Source of the DNA: Candidatus Latescibacterota bacterium
GTDB taxonomy: Bacteria; Latescibacterota; UBA2968; UBA8231
Length of the DNA stretch: 64,000 nt
Direction of reading: 5' to 3'
Assembly: GCA_965204725.1 (NCBI GenBank)
Contig: OZ242005.1
Location: forward strand, 2,368,001 to 2,432,000
A program made the position numbers and the translations under genes. Of the stretch, positions 8,733 to 17,365 are shown piece after piece (positions within the stretch are counted from its first letter, which is position 1; each line of letters starts with the position of its first letter). A model generated the notes under the pieces. That model had not been told where the DNA came from. It saw only the letters and a program-made list of their open reading frames with translations, and made no database searches.

Positions 8733-10472
8733 TTATATATAGTACTCGACCTCCCCATCCCGCGCCCCTTGCGAATGCGGTACATTGAGCGGACACCCGG
8801 CCTTGTAGTCGGGATGGAGCTGCGCCCACAGGTGATCGAGCGCGTGTTGGTTCCAGCGAAAAAAGTGGTCGCGGCCAATCTGCTCCATCAGCCCCGACCG
8901 CTCTAGCGCGTCGGTAAGCTGCCGTTTAGCCCGCGTGAAGTACAGGTCTAGCCCAACCTCGCGCAGGCGTTCAACCACCTCGCGCAGGACCTGTTCGCCC
9001 GAGGCGTCAATCCGGTTGATCCCGTTTGCATCGAGAACCAAGTACCTCAGCTCGGGCACGGCCGCGATCGTTTCGAGCACCTTATCCTCAAAATAACGGC
9101 TCGACCCAAAGTAGAGCTGGCCGTCAAAGCGCATAATCGCGATCTGCTGATCCGGCCGCAGCCCCGCGTCGCTGCCGCGCATCGTGCCGTCGAGGTGCCG
9201 AGCGAGAAAAACCACGCGGGGCCGCATGGTGCGGTAGAAGTTGAGCACCAGCGAGGCCCCCACGCCGAGGGCAACCCCCAAGTGCAGGTCCGGGGCCAAG
9301 ACCAGCGTACCGACAAAAGTCGCAATCCCAATCAACCCATCCTGAGCCTTAATCCGCCAAGCGGTCACTAAGGGTTGGACGCGTACCAAGCCGCACACCG
9401 CAGCGATGATGACAACCGCGAGCGTCGCCTGGGGCAGATAGTACAACAGCGGCGTCAGCCAGAGCAGGGTCGCGGCAATGACCAGCGACGCCACGACCGA
9501 GGCAAAACCCGTCCGCGCCCCGCTTTGATAGTTGACGGCCGACCGCGAAAACGAGCCCGAAGTCGCATAGCTTTGGAAAAGCCCGCCGATCACGTTGGCC
9601 AGGCCTTGGCCGATGAGCTCCTGATTGATATCGAGATGCTGCCGCGTCCGCGCCGCGAGGGTCTTGGCAATAGCCATGGCCTCCATCAAGCCGAGCAGGG
9701 TCAAGGTCAAGGCGCCTAGGAAAAGCTCGAACAGGATCGCCGCGTCTAAGTCCGGGGCCGCAAGCCGCGGCAAACCGCGGGGGACCGCGCCGACCACTGC
9801 CCCGCTAAAACCGGTCAGCCAAGCAACGAGCGTGGTGACCACCAGCGTCGTCAACATGCTCGGCAGCTCCCAGCGCACCCAGCGCAAAACCACCAGCAGC
9901 CCCCCGGCCAACGCGGCCATCCCAAGCGTCGGCCAATGGACCTCCAACAGCGCTAGGTCAACGACGCGAAGCGCGGCCAGCAAATGGCCCCCCGGTTGGG
10001 GCGCGACCCCGAACACCTTGTGCAACTGGGAAATGGCGATGATAAGGGCCGCGGCATTGGTAAAGCCGACGACCACCGGGCCGGACAGCAGGTCGATTAG
10101 CAAGCCCAGTCGCAACGCGCCCAAGGCGATCCGAATCAGACCGACGAGCAAGGCCAAAACCAGCGAATAGGCGATGAATAGCTCGCTGCCCGCAACGGCA
10201 AGCCCCTGCACAGTCGTCGCGCTGATGAGCGAAGCGATGGCCACCGGACCGGTGGACAAATGCCGGGAAGAGCCAAAGAGCGCGGCGATGGCCGGCGGCA
10301 GAAAGGCCGCGTACAGCCCATAGACCGGCGGCAGCCCGGCCAACTCGGCGTAGGCCATGGCTTGGGGCACGAGGATCGTCGCCACAGTGAGGCCCGCGAC
10401 CACATCGGCGCGCAAGACGCCCGGCTGGCCGAGTTCGGGCAGCCAACGGATACATGGAAAAAATCGCTTCAT
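8733..10472 (-). CDS. sulP: SulP/SLC26 anion permease with STAS domain
   Basis: ADVVAGLTVA..PQAMAYA.LAGLPPVYGLY, GSSRHLSTGP, GSFSRSAVN, C-terminal STAS (RFDGQLYFG...IDASG). Confidence 0.93.
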   Translation of the reverse strand: MKRFFPCIRWLPELGQPGVLRADVVAGLTVATILVPQAMAYAELAGLPPVYGLYAAFLPPAIAALFGSSRHLSTGPVAIASLISATTVQGLAVAGSELFIAYSLVLALLVGLIRIALGALRLGLLIDLLSGPVVVGFTNAAALIIAISQLHKVFGVAPQPGGHLLAALRVVDLALLEVHWPTLGMAALAGGLLVVLRWVRWELPSMLTTLVVTTLVAWLTGFSGAVVGAVPRGLPRLAAPDLDAAILFELFLGALTLTLLGLMEAMAIAKTLAARTRQHLDINQELIGQGLANVIGGLFQSYATSGSFSRSAVNYQSGARTGFASVVASLVIAATLLWLTPLLYYLPQATLAVVIIAAVCGLVRVQPLVTAWRIKAQDGLIGIATFVGTLVLAPDLHLGVALGVGASLVLNFYRTMRPRVVFLARHLDGTMRGSDAGLRPDQQIAIMRFDGQLYFGSSRYFEDKVLETIAAVPELRYLVLDANGINRIDASGEQVLREVVERLREVGLDLYFTRAKRQLTDALERSGLMEQIGRDHFFRWNQHALDHLWAQLHPDYKAGCPLNVPHSQGARDGEVEYYI

Positions 10473-10554
10473 CAGTTCGGTATGGGGCGGTTGACACTTA
10501 GTCGGCGGCCAGTGTACACTTAGCGCGTTATCACTTCAACAGGAGGAGGGCCGC

Positions 10555-11355
10555 ATGGACCCACACGAGCAGCAAGCCTTTTTTCAACAGCAGGGCTACT
10601 TAATCGTCCCCGACCTGCTCAGCCGCGGCGAAGTCGCCGAATGCCAGCGCGAGGTCCAACGCCTGCACCAACTAGCCGCCGATCTAGAGGCCAGCCAAGA
10701 CCCGATCAGCAACCACTTTCAGCGCGAGCCTTTTTCTTCGGCCCCAAACCACAACGGCCTGCCGGTCCTGCGCAAAATCGAGAACACCCGCGCCCTGTCG
10801 CCGTGCTTTACCCAGCTCGCGGCCCATCCCCGCCTCGTCGCCATCGTCCAATCGCTGCTCGGGGCCGACTTGCTCCTCTTCCGCAGCACCCTCATGCTCA
10901 AGCCCGCCTTCCACGGCTCGGCCCACGCCCTGCACCAAGACTCGGCCTATTGGCCCATGGAGCCGCCCGCGCTCGTAACGGCGAGCATCGCCCTCGACGA
11001 CGCCACCCCGGACAACGGCTGCATCAAGGTCATTCCCGGCAGCCACCATTGGGGCTTGCAGGAATGGGGCCACATTGCCCAACAGCAAGAGGCCCCGCTA
11101 ACCAACCGGGACGACATCGACCGCACGCGCCAAATTGACGTGCCGCTCGCGGCCGGGTCCGCCGTGCTATTCCACAGCTTGATGGTCCATGGTTCCGGCC
11201 CCAACCAGACGGACCGCCCGCGCAACACCGCGCTCTACGCCTATTTCTCACCGCACGTGCGCTACGTGCCCGGCGCCAACGGCCCGCAATCGAAGTCCTT
11301 CCCGGTCATCGCCGGCCTCAATGGCGCAGCCGAACACGTGCTGGTCGCCTCCTAA
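10555..11355 (+). CDS. phytanoyl-CoA dioxygenase (PhyH) family Fe/2OG enzyme
   Basis: HQDSAYW...HGSGPN facial triad, PGSH; AGGAGG RBS. Confidence 0.9.
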   Translation: MDPHEQQAFFQQQGYLIVPDLLSRGEVAECQREVQRLHQLAADLEASQDPISNHFQREPFSSAPNHNGLPVLRKIENTRALSPCFTQLAAHPRLVAIVQSLLGADLLLFRSTLMLKPAFHGSAHALHQDSAYWPMEPPALVTASIALDDATPDNGCIKVIPGSHHWGLQEWGHIAQQQEAPLTNRDDIDRTRQIDVPLAAGSAVLFHSLMVHGSGPNQTDRPRNTALYAYFSPHVRYVPGANGPQSKSFPVIAGLNGAAEHVLVAS

Positions 11356-11431
11356 AGCTATGGTAAAAAAGAAAATTCTATCCCTAAGTGCCAAAATCCT
11401 CGGCGCGCGGCGGGTGGCAGCAACAGGGCGC

Positions 11432-11470
11432 AAAAAAAGGCCGACGCCCGCAATGCGGACACCGGCCTTT
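11432..11470 (-). terminator. intrinsic terminator of infC
   Basis: Minus strand GGCCGGTGTCCGC-ATT-GCGGGCGTCGGCC stem (with GU pairs) followed by T7, 20 nt after the infC stop. Confidence 0.75.
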
Positions 11471-11489
11471 CGCGCTGCTCGTCCAAACC

Positions 11490-12011
11490 TCAGAGGGGCC
11501 TGAGAATGAGCGACATTTCGCGGCCTTCCATTTTGGGACTCTGATCAATGATGGCTACATCCTTGAGCTTGTCGGCCAGCTCCTGCAGCAGCCGGTAGCC
11601 CCGCTCCTGATAAGCCATCTGCCGTCCTTTGAAGCGGACGCTGACTTTGACCCGATTCCCCTTTTCAATAAACGTGCGAATGTGGCCCATCCGGTATTCG
11701 AGATCGTGTTCGGAGATATTGGCTCCGGCGATGCGAATGCCCTTCATCTGCACGTTTTGCTGCTTCTTGCGCGCTTCTTTGGCCTTTTTTTCTTGGTCGT
11801 AGCGGAGCTTGCCGTAGTCGATGATCCGGCAAACCGGGGGCCGCGCTTCGGCGGCCACTTCCACTAAGTCGAGATTGGCTTCCTCCGCCATGGCCAAGGC
11901 ACGGGCCGTTTCGATGATCCCCACTTGCCCCCCATCAGACCCGATGAGCCGGATTTGGGGTACGCGAATATCATCGTTTACTCTGGTAAAACTCTTTTTC
12001 TTTGCTGCGAT
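11490..12011 (-). CDS. infC: translation initiation factor IF-3, non-canonical ATC start
   Basis: The frame extends upstream of the track ORF as IAAKKKSFTRVNDDIRVPQIRLIG; LDLVEVA..PPVCRIIDYGK; VKVSVRFKGRQM. GGAGGT lies 7 nt before ATC at 12011. Confidence 0.93.
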   Translation of the reverse strand: MAAKKKSFTRVNDDIRVPQIRLIGSDGGQVGIIETARALAMAEEANLDLVEVAAEARPPVCRIIDYGKLRYDQEKKAKEARKKQQNVQMKGIRIAGANISEHDLEYRMGHIRTFIEKGNRVKVSVRFKGRQMAYQERGYRLLQELADKLKDVAIIDQSPKMEGREMSLILRPL

Positions 12012-12171
12012 TGCATCAACCTCCGTAAAGGGTGGAAAGCGCGGGCGTTTCCCGCAGGGGTTTTAATATATTCTCAGGGCGAATTAAAACAAGAAAAGAT
12101 TTGCTCCGTCCCGCTTTGGCAGCCACGAGCGAATAGGTTATTTTGCCTATTTTCCATCCGCAGGAAAGCCC

Positions 12172-13173
12172 ATGACCCGCACGTATGATGTCTATGGCGT
12201 CGGCAACGCCCTCGTGGACATCCAATATCAAGTCGCCCCCGAGTTCCTCGCCGAGTACCAAATCGAAAAGGGGGTTATGACCCTCGTCGATGAGGCGCGG
12301 CAACGCACCCTCACGGCCGCGGTCGGCCGCGAGCCAATCGCGGCGGCTTCGGGCGGCTCGGCGGCCAATACCCTCATCGGCGTCGCCTGCTATGGCGGCC
12401 GAGCCTATTACGCCTGCCTGACGGGCCGCGACGATTGGGGCGACTTCTACCAGCGCGATCTCGAAGCGGCCGGCGTGGCCACGCATTCGGCCAACCGCGG
12501 CGCGGGCAAAACCGGCCAGTGCTTGGTTTTTATCACGCCCGACGCCGACCGCACCCTCAACACCTTCTTGGGCATCAACAGCACCCTCGGCCCGGCCCAG
12601 CTTCAAGAGGAGGTCATCGCCGACAGCCAGTACCTTTATATAGAAGGCTACCTCCTCGGCTCGGACGCCGGCTTTGTCGCGGCGGGTCGAGCGCAACAAA
12701 TAGCCCAGCACCACGGCACGGCCGTCGCCCTGACTCTGAGCGATCCCTTTGCGGTCCGGGCCTTTCGGGCGCGCTTTGACGCGCTCTTGCAGCGCGGCGT
12801 CGATCTGCTCTTCTGCAATGTGGAGGAAGCGCTTGCCAGCACCGGCCTCAGCGACCACGAGGCCGCTGGCACGGCCTTAGCGTCCCAGGTCGGCACGACC
12901 TATATAACGTGCGGGGCCGACGGGGCTTTAGTGTACGCCGACGGCACTCTCTACCAAGTCCCCGGCATCCCGGTGCAAGCCATCGACACCAACGGCGCCG
13001 GCGATCTTTTTGCCGGTGGCGTGCTCTACGGGCTGTCCCACGGGTACAGCTCCTTAGACGCGGCGCGGCTGGGCTGCTATGCGGCCGCGCAAGTGGTGAC
13101 CCGCTTCGGGCCGCGCCTAGAACAATCGCTCGCCGATCACATCGTTCCCATCCTATCTCGTTTCTCAACCTAG
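12172..13173 (+). CDS. PfkB family carbohydrate/adenosine kinase
   Basis: GVGNALVD, GGSAANT, DTNGAGDLFAGG. Confidence 0.92.
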   Translation: MTRTYDVYGVGNALVDIQYQVAPEFLAEYQIEKGVMTLVDEARQRTLTAAVGREPIAAASGGSAANTLIGVACYGGRAYYACLTGRDDWGDFYQRDLEAAGVATHSANRGAGKTGQCLVFITPDADRTLNTFLGINSTLGPAQLQEEVIADSQYLYIEGYLLGSDAGFVAAGRAQQIAQHHGTAVALTLSDPFAVRAFRARFDALLQRGVDLLFCNVEEALASTGLSDHEAAGTALASQVGTTYITCGADGALVYADGTLYQVPGIPVQAIDTNGAGDLFAGGVLYGLSHGYSSLDAARLGCYAAAQVVTRFGPRLEQSLADHIVPILSRFST

Positions 13174-13186
13174 CTTGGAGGTCTCC

Positions 13187-14143
13187 GTGAAAATTCTAGT
13201 CCACTACCCATTCACCGACGAACAGCACGACCACCTGCGCCAGATCGCGCACGAAAACGGCGGGCACGAAGTCTTTGTGGTCAGCAACGATCAAGAGGCC
13301 ATCGCCGTAGCCGACACAATCGACGTCATCGTCGGCCACTTCCCGCCTGCGGTCTGCGCGGCCGCTCCCAACCTGCGCTGGGTCCAGTCCTTCAGCACCG
13401 GCATGGACAAATTTCTCTTCCCCGACATCATCGCCCGCGACGAAGTAGCCATTTCCAACGTAGCCGGGCTGTACGCCCCCCAAGGCGGCGAACACGCTTG
13501 GGCCTTGCTCCTCGCCCTGACCCGGGGCATTGATCGGTCGATTCGCCACAACGACCAGCGCGAGTGGGGCGGCGGTGCCACGGTCGAGCTAACGGGGCAG
13601 ACGTTGGGCTTGGTGGGGTTGGGGGGATTTGGGCTTGAAATGGCCAAGCGAGCGGCCGGCTACGACATGCCGATCATCGCCATTGATCCGGTGCGCCGCG
13701 ACCGGCCGCCGGGCGTTTGCGAGCTCAAAGACAACACCCGCGAAAACCTGCACAGCCTTCTCGGGCGCGCCGACGTGGTCATGATGGCCTGTCCGCTCAC
13801 CGAGGAGACCTATCACCTCATCGGCCGCGAGGAACTGGCATTGATGAAGCAGAGCGCCTATCTGATCAACGTGACGCGGGGCGGCATCATCGACGAGGAC
13901 GCGCTCTGCGCGGCCCTGCACCAAGGGCAAATCGCCGGCGCCGGTATCGACGTCACCGAAATCGAGCCGCTTCCCCCCGAGTCCCCGCTGTGGGACGCGC
14001 CCAACATCATCCTCACCCCGCACCGAGCCGGTTCCTCCCAGCACCGACCGCGCAAAATCTACGAGTTCTTCTGCGCCCAGCTAACGCGCTACCTCAAGGG
14101 CGAGCCGGTCCTCAACATCATCGACAAGAAGAAGGGGTACTAG
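13187..14143 (+). CDS. D-isomer specific 2-hydroxyacid dehydrogenase
   Basis: GLGGFG Rossmann motif, INVTRGG, DVTEIEPLP, TPHRAG; GTG start with GGAGG RBS. Confidence 0.92.
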   Translation: MKILVHYPFTDEQHDHLRQIAHENGGHEVFVVSNDQEAIAVADTIDVIVGHFPPAVCAAAPNLRWVQSFSTGMDKFLFPDIIARDEVAISNVAGLYAPQGGEHAWALLLALTRGIDRSIRHNDQREWGGGATVELTGQTLGLVGLGGFGLEMAKRAAGYDMPIIAIDPVRRDRPPGVCELKDNTRENLHSLLGRADVVMMACPLTEETYHLIGREELALMKQSAYLINVTRGGIIDEDALCAALHQGQIAGAGIDVTEIEPLPPESPLWDAPNIILTPHRAGSSQHRPRKIYEFFCAQLTRYLKGEPVLNIIDKKKGY

Positions 14144-14290
14144 AGAACACCTCAAGCGACCGAATACGGCTGATCTCGGTACGCAAAGCAACCACGAATG
14201 AAGCAAGGCAATACAATGAAACAGGAATATGATTTTTCCAAAGCCGCGAGAGGGAAATTTTTCCGCGAAGGGGCAGAACTACAACTACCA
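14144..14290 (+). pseudogene. relic of a BrnT toxin (C-terminus) and BrnA-type antitoxin (N-terminus)
   Basis: One frame reads SDRIRLISVRKATTNEARQYNETGI* (stop 14230-14232), like BrnT RIISARKAT. An overlapping ATG at 14216 reads MKQEYDFSKAARGKFFREGAELQLP, like the EYDFSK.RGKF antitoxin N-terminus. Confidence 0.7.
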
Positions 14291-17200
14291 ATGTGCTCTG
14301 ACAGGAGTTCCCAAGCGGAATTTGCCCAAGGCCAAATCGTATGCTTGGATTCCGAGCCATCCATCCGGGGGGCCATCGTCGAAGTGTTGCCCGGAACACC
14401 CGAAGACCGCATCAAGGTTTTTGTAGATGGCAGTATTCAGACCTATTACGCATCTCAGTTGCGGGCCGATGATCAGGGCGATGGCGTCTCGTCTCTTTCG
14501 TCCGATCCGTTTCACGCCTACTTAACTGCCTTGCAAATACGCCATCCTAGCCTATCCACCTTGTACTCGCTCAACGCGGCGCGGGTTGACTTCATCCCCT
14601 ATCAGTTCCGTCCAGTACTGAAATTTATCCGCTCGGACCGTCCGCGCCTGCTGATCGCCGATGGGGTCGGCGTCGGCAAAACCATTGAAGCTGGACTGAT
14701 TCTGCGAGAATTGCAGGCGCGGCGAGAAATTCAATCCGTTCTCATTATCTGTCCTCGTCCCCTAGTGACCGAGCGCAAGTGGGAAAAGGAAATGAGGCGG
14801 TTTGACCAACAGTTTACCCATCTCGACGGACGCACCCTGCGATACTGTATCAGCGAGATGGATTTAGAAGGCGCGTGGCCCGATCGACATCAGAAGGCGA
14901 TTATGCCCTATTCGCTGTTTAACGAGGTACTTCTTCATGGCCAAAAGCGGACAAAGGGGCTGCTAGACCTCGACCCACCGCCGCAATTCGACCTCGTGAT
15001 CGTCGATGAAGCCCACCACATCCGCAACCAGCACACCTACGCGCACAAGGCAGTGCGGTTTTTCTGCGACCACGCGGAAGCAGCGGTCTTTCTCACTGCC
15101 ACCCCGATCCAACTCGGCGACCACGACCTGTTTGTGCTCCTCAATGCGCTGCGTCCCGACTTTGTTTTGGACGAGAAAAGTTTCCAGCATATCGCGGCTC
15201 CCAATCCGTTTATCAACGAGGCGGTCTATCATGCGCGGACCCAAGTATCGGGTTGGACAGCGCAGGCGGCCCAAGCTCTCGACCAAGCCGCCGCAACTCC
15301 TTGGGGACAGACCATGCTCAGGGCCAATCCTGAGTTTAACCGGATTAAAAATCAGCTTGCCGAAGATCGCGTCGGCACCAACGACAGAGTCCGGCTCATC
15401 ACCGACCTAGAAACATTGCACACCTTTGCGGGGATCATAAACCGGACGCGCAGGCGCGACATCGGCGCGTTCACCATTAGAAAACCAGAAACGGTTAATG
15501 TTCCATTCACCGCCCCACAGCAACAGCTTCACGACGCATTGCTCCGAGTCCAAGCGGACATATTCAGCCGCCTGCACGGCGACATTAACGTCAAATTCAT
15601 GCTGACCACAATCCGACGCCAAGCGGCGAGTTGCCTGCATGGACTAGCCCCTTTCCTTGAGAATATCCTGAAACGGCATCTCGACGAATTGGAATGGGAA
15701 GAAGCCGATGATATAGGGCTGGGGCCATCCGACGAGGCCATCGACTTAATCCAAGGGCAAATTCAAACTATCCTTGAAAAGGCACGCAGCCTTGATCCCT
15801 GCGATCCAAAGCTCGAAGCCCTACGCAAAATCATCCGCGACAAGCAACGCCTACCCAATAATAAGGTGATGCTGTTCAGCAGCTTCCGGCACACTCTTTC
15901 ATATCTATACGAACATCTCAGGGCCAACAGCGTCCGCGTCGGCATGGTTCATGGAGGAACGCCGGACGAAGAACGCATTGCGCTCAGGAGCCGCTTTGAG
16001 CAGCCGCGAGAGGTCGGCGACACACTCGACGTGTTGCTGTTCTCGGAAATCGGTTGCGAAGGACTGGACTACCAGTTCTGCGATTGCATCGTCAACTACG
16101 ACTTGCCGTGGAATCCCATGCGCGTTGAGCAACGCATTGGCCGCATTGACCGCAATGGCCAGCAGAGCGAGGCCGTCGCCATTGTCAACCTAATCACGCC
16201 GGGAACAGTTGATGCGGACATCTACGAACGCTGTCTCGTGCGCATCGGGGTATTCGAGAATGCTTTGGGCGGCGGCGAGGAAATTCTGGGGGAAATCTCC
16301 AAGGCGATCAAAAACATCGCCGAGAACTATGCTCTGAGCGAAGCGGAACGAAGGACCAAGCTACAACAGTTGGCGGACAACAAAATCCGGTTGGTACAAG
16401 AACAGGAAAGGCTTGAACAGCAGCAGATGGAGCTTTTTGGCATCCGTCTGCCCGAAGACCAGATGAAGGAGGAGATTGAAGAGGCCTCCAGTTTTTGGTT
16501 GTCTCCGGCCTCCTTGCAAAGGCTCGTCGCAATTTATCTGAACGATACATGCGGCGAGGAACGAGAATTCATCCTCGGCGAAAAAGCCTTGAAAACGCTC
16601 CGCCTTTCGCAGGAAGCGCGAACTGCCCTGTTGCGCGATTTCCAGCAACTCCCCAGACGCACCACGCCCGACCATCGGGCATGGGAAAAGTGGCTGAAGG
16701 GTGGCGAGCCGCACTTATCCATGACCTTCGAGGCGGCCTGTGCAACGCACCATCCCAACGCTGCGTTCATCACGCCGCTCCATCCTTTAGTGAAGCAAGC
16801 GGCCCGATCACTGGAGACCGGGCAACGAATTTTTACCGCGCTGAAGACACAGAGCGATGAGGCCCCTGCGGGCCGCTATGAATTTGCCGTGTATCAGTGG
16901 CGATTCCACGGCATTCGGGAAGATTGGGTGCTCAAGCCGATAGCCTCGTCAGCGGCTGTGACACCGCACTTAGGACGCCTGCTTGAGAACGCAGTGGATG
17001 CTTCGGCTACTGAGCCGGTGGATAGCGGCTCTCCAGTATGGGACGCCCTCGACGCGCAGCACCATACATTGTGGTCGCAAGCAAAGGAAGATCATCGGCA
17101 ACGGACGCGAGAGCTCGCCGAGTATCGCAAAGAAAGCCTGTCGAAAAGCCATCAAGCACGGATGGAGCTTCTTGCGGAACAACTCGCTCAGGCCAGCGAC

Positions 17201-17365
17201 GAGAAGCTGCAACGAATGCGGAGGTCGCAAATCGCGGCTGCGGAGGCCGACTACACTCGACGTCTCCAAGACTTAGGTACTGCGACGAAGCGAGCGGATA
17301 TTATCGCCGAGCCGGTGGCGTATGGCGTGATCGAACTACAAGGAAAAAGGCAACATGCCGAGTAA
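14216..17365 (+). CDS. SNF2-family helicase (RapA/HepA/DrmD-like)
   Basis: ADGVGVGKT, DEAHH, LTATP, SEIGCEGLDYQ, YDLPWNPMRVEQRIGRIDR. Alternative start at ATG 14291. Confidence 0.9.
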   Translation: MKQEYDFSKAARGKFFREGAELQLPMCSDRSSQAEFAQGQIVCLDSEPSIRGAIVEVLPGTPEDRIKVFVDGSIQTYYASQLRADDQGDGVSSLSSDPFHAYLTALQIRHPSLSTLYSLNAARVDFIPYQFRPVLKFIRSDRPRLLIADGVGVGKTIEAGLILRELQARREIQSVLIICPRPLVTERKWEKEMRRFDQQFTHLDGRTLRYCISEMDLEGAWPDRHQKAIMPYSLFNEVLLHGQKRTKGLLDLDPPPQFDLVIVDEAHHIRNQHTYAHKAVRFFCDHAEAAVFLTATPIQLGDHDLFVLLNALRPDFVLDEKSFQHIAAPNPFINEAVYHARTQVSGWTAQAAQALDQAAATPWGQTMLRANPEFNRIKNQLAEDRVGTNDRVRLITDLETLHTFAGIINRTRRRDIGAFTIRKPETVNVPFTAPQQQLHDALLRVQADIFSRLHGDINVKFMLTTIRRQAASCLHGLAPFLENILKRHLDELEWEEADDIGLGPSDEAIDLIQGQIQTILEKARSLDPCDPKLEALRKIIRDKQRLPNNKVMLFSSFRHTLSYLYEHLRANSVRVGMVHGGTPDEERIALRSRFEQPREVGDTLDVLLFSEIGCEGLDYQFCDCIVNYDLPWNPMRVEQRIGRIDRNGQQSEAVAIVNLITPGTVDADIYERCLVRIGVFENALGGGEEILGEISKAIKNIAENYALSEAERRTKLQQLADNKIRLVQEQERLEQQQMELFGIRLPEDQMKEEIEEASSFWLSPASLQRLVAIYLNDTCGEEREFILGEKALKTLRLSQEARTALLRDFQQLPRRTTPDHRAWEKWLKGGEPHLSMTFEAACATHHPNAAFITPLHPLVKQAARSLETGQRIFTALKTQSDEAPAGRYEFAVYQWRFHGIREDWVLKPIASSAAVTPHLGRLLENAVDASATEPVDSGSPVWDALDAQHHTLWSQAKEDHRQRTRELAEYRKESLSKSHQARMELLAEQLAQASDEKLQRMRRSQIAAAEADYTRRLQDLGTATKRADIIAEPVAYGVIELQGKRQHAE

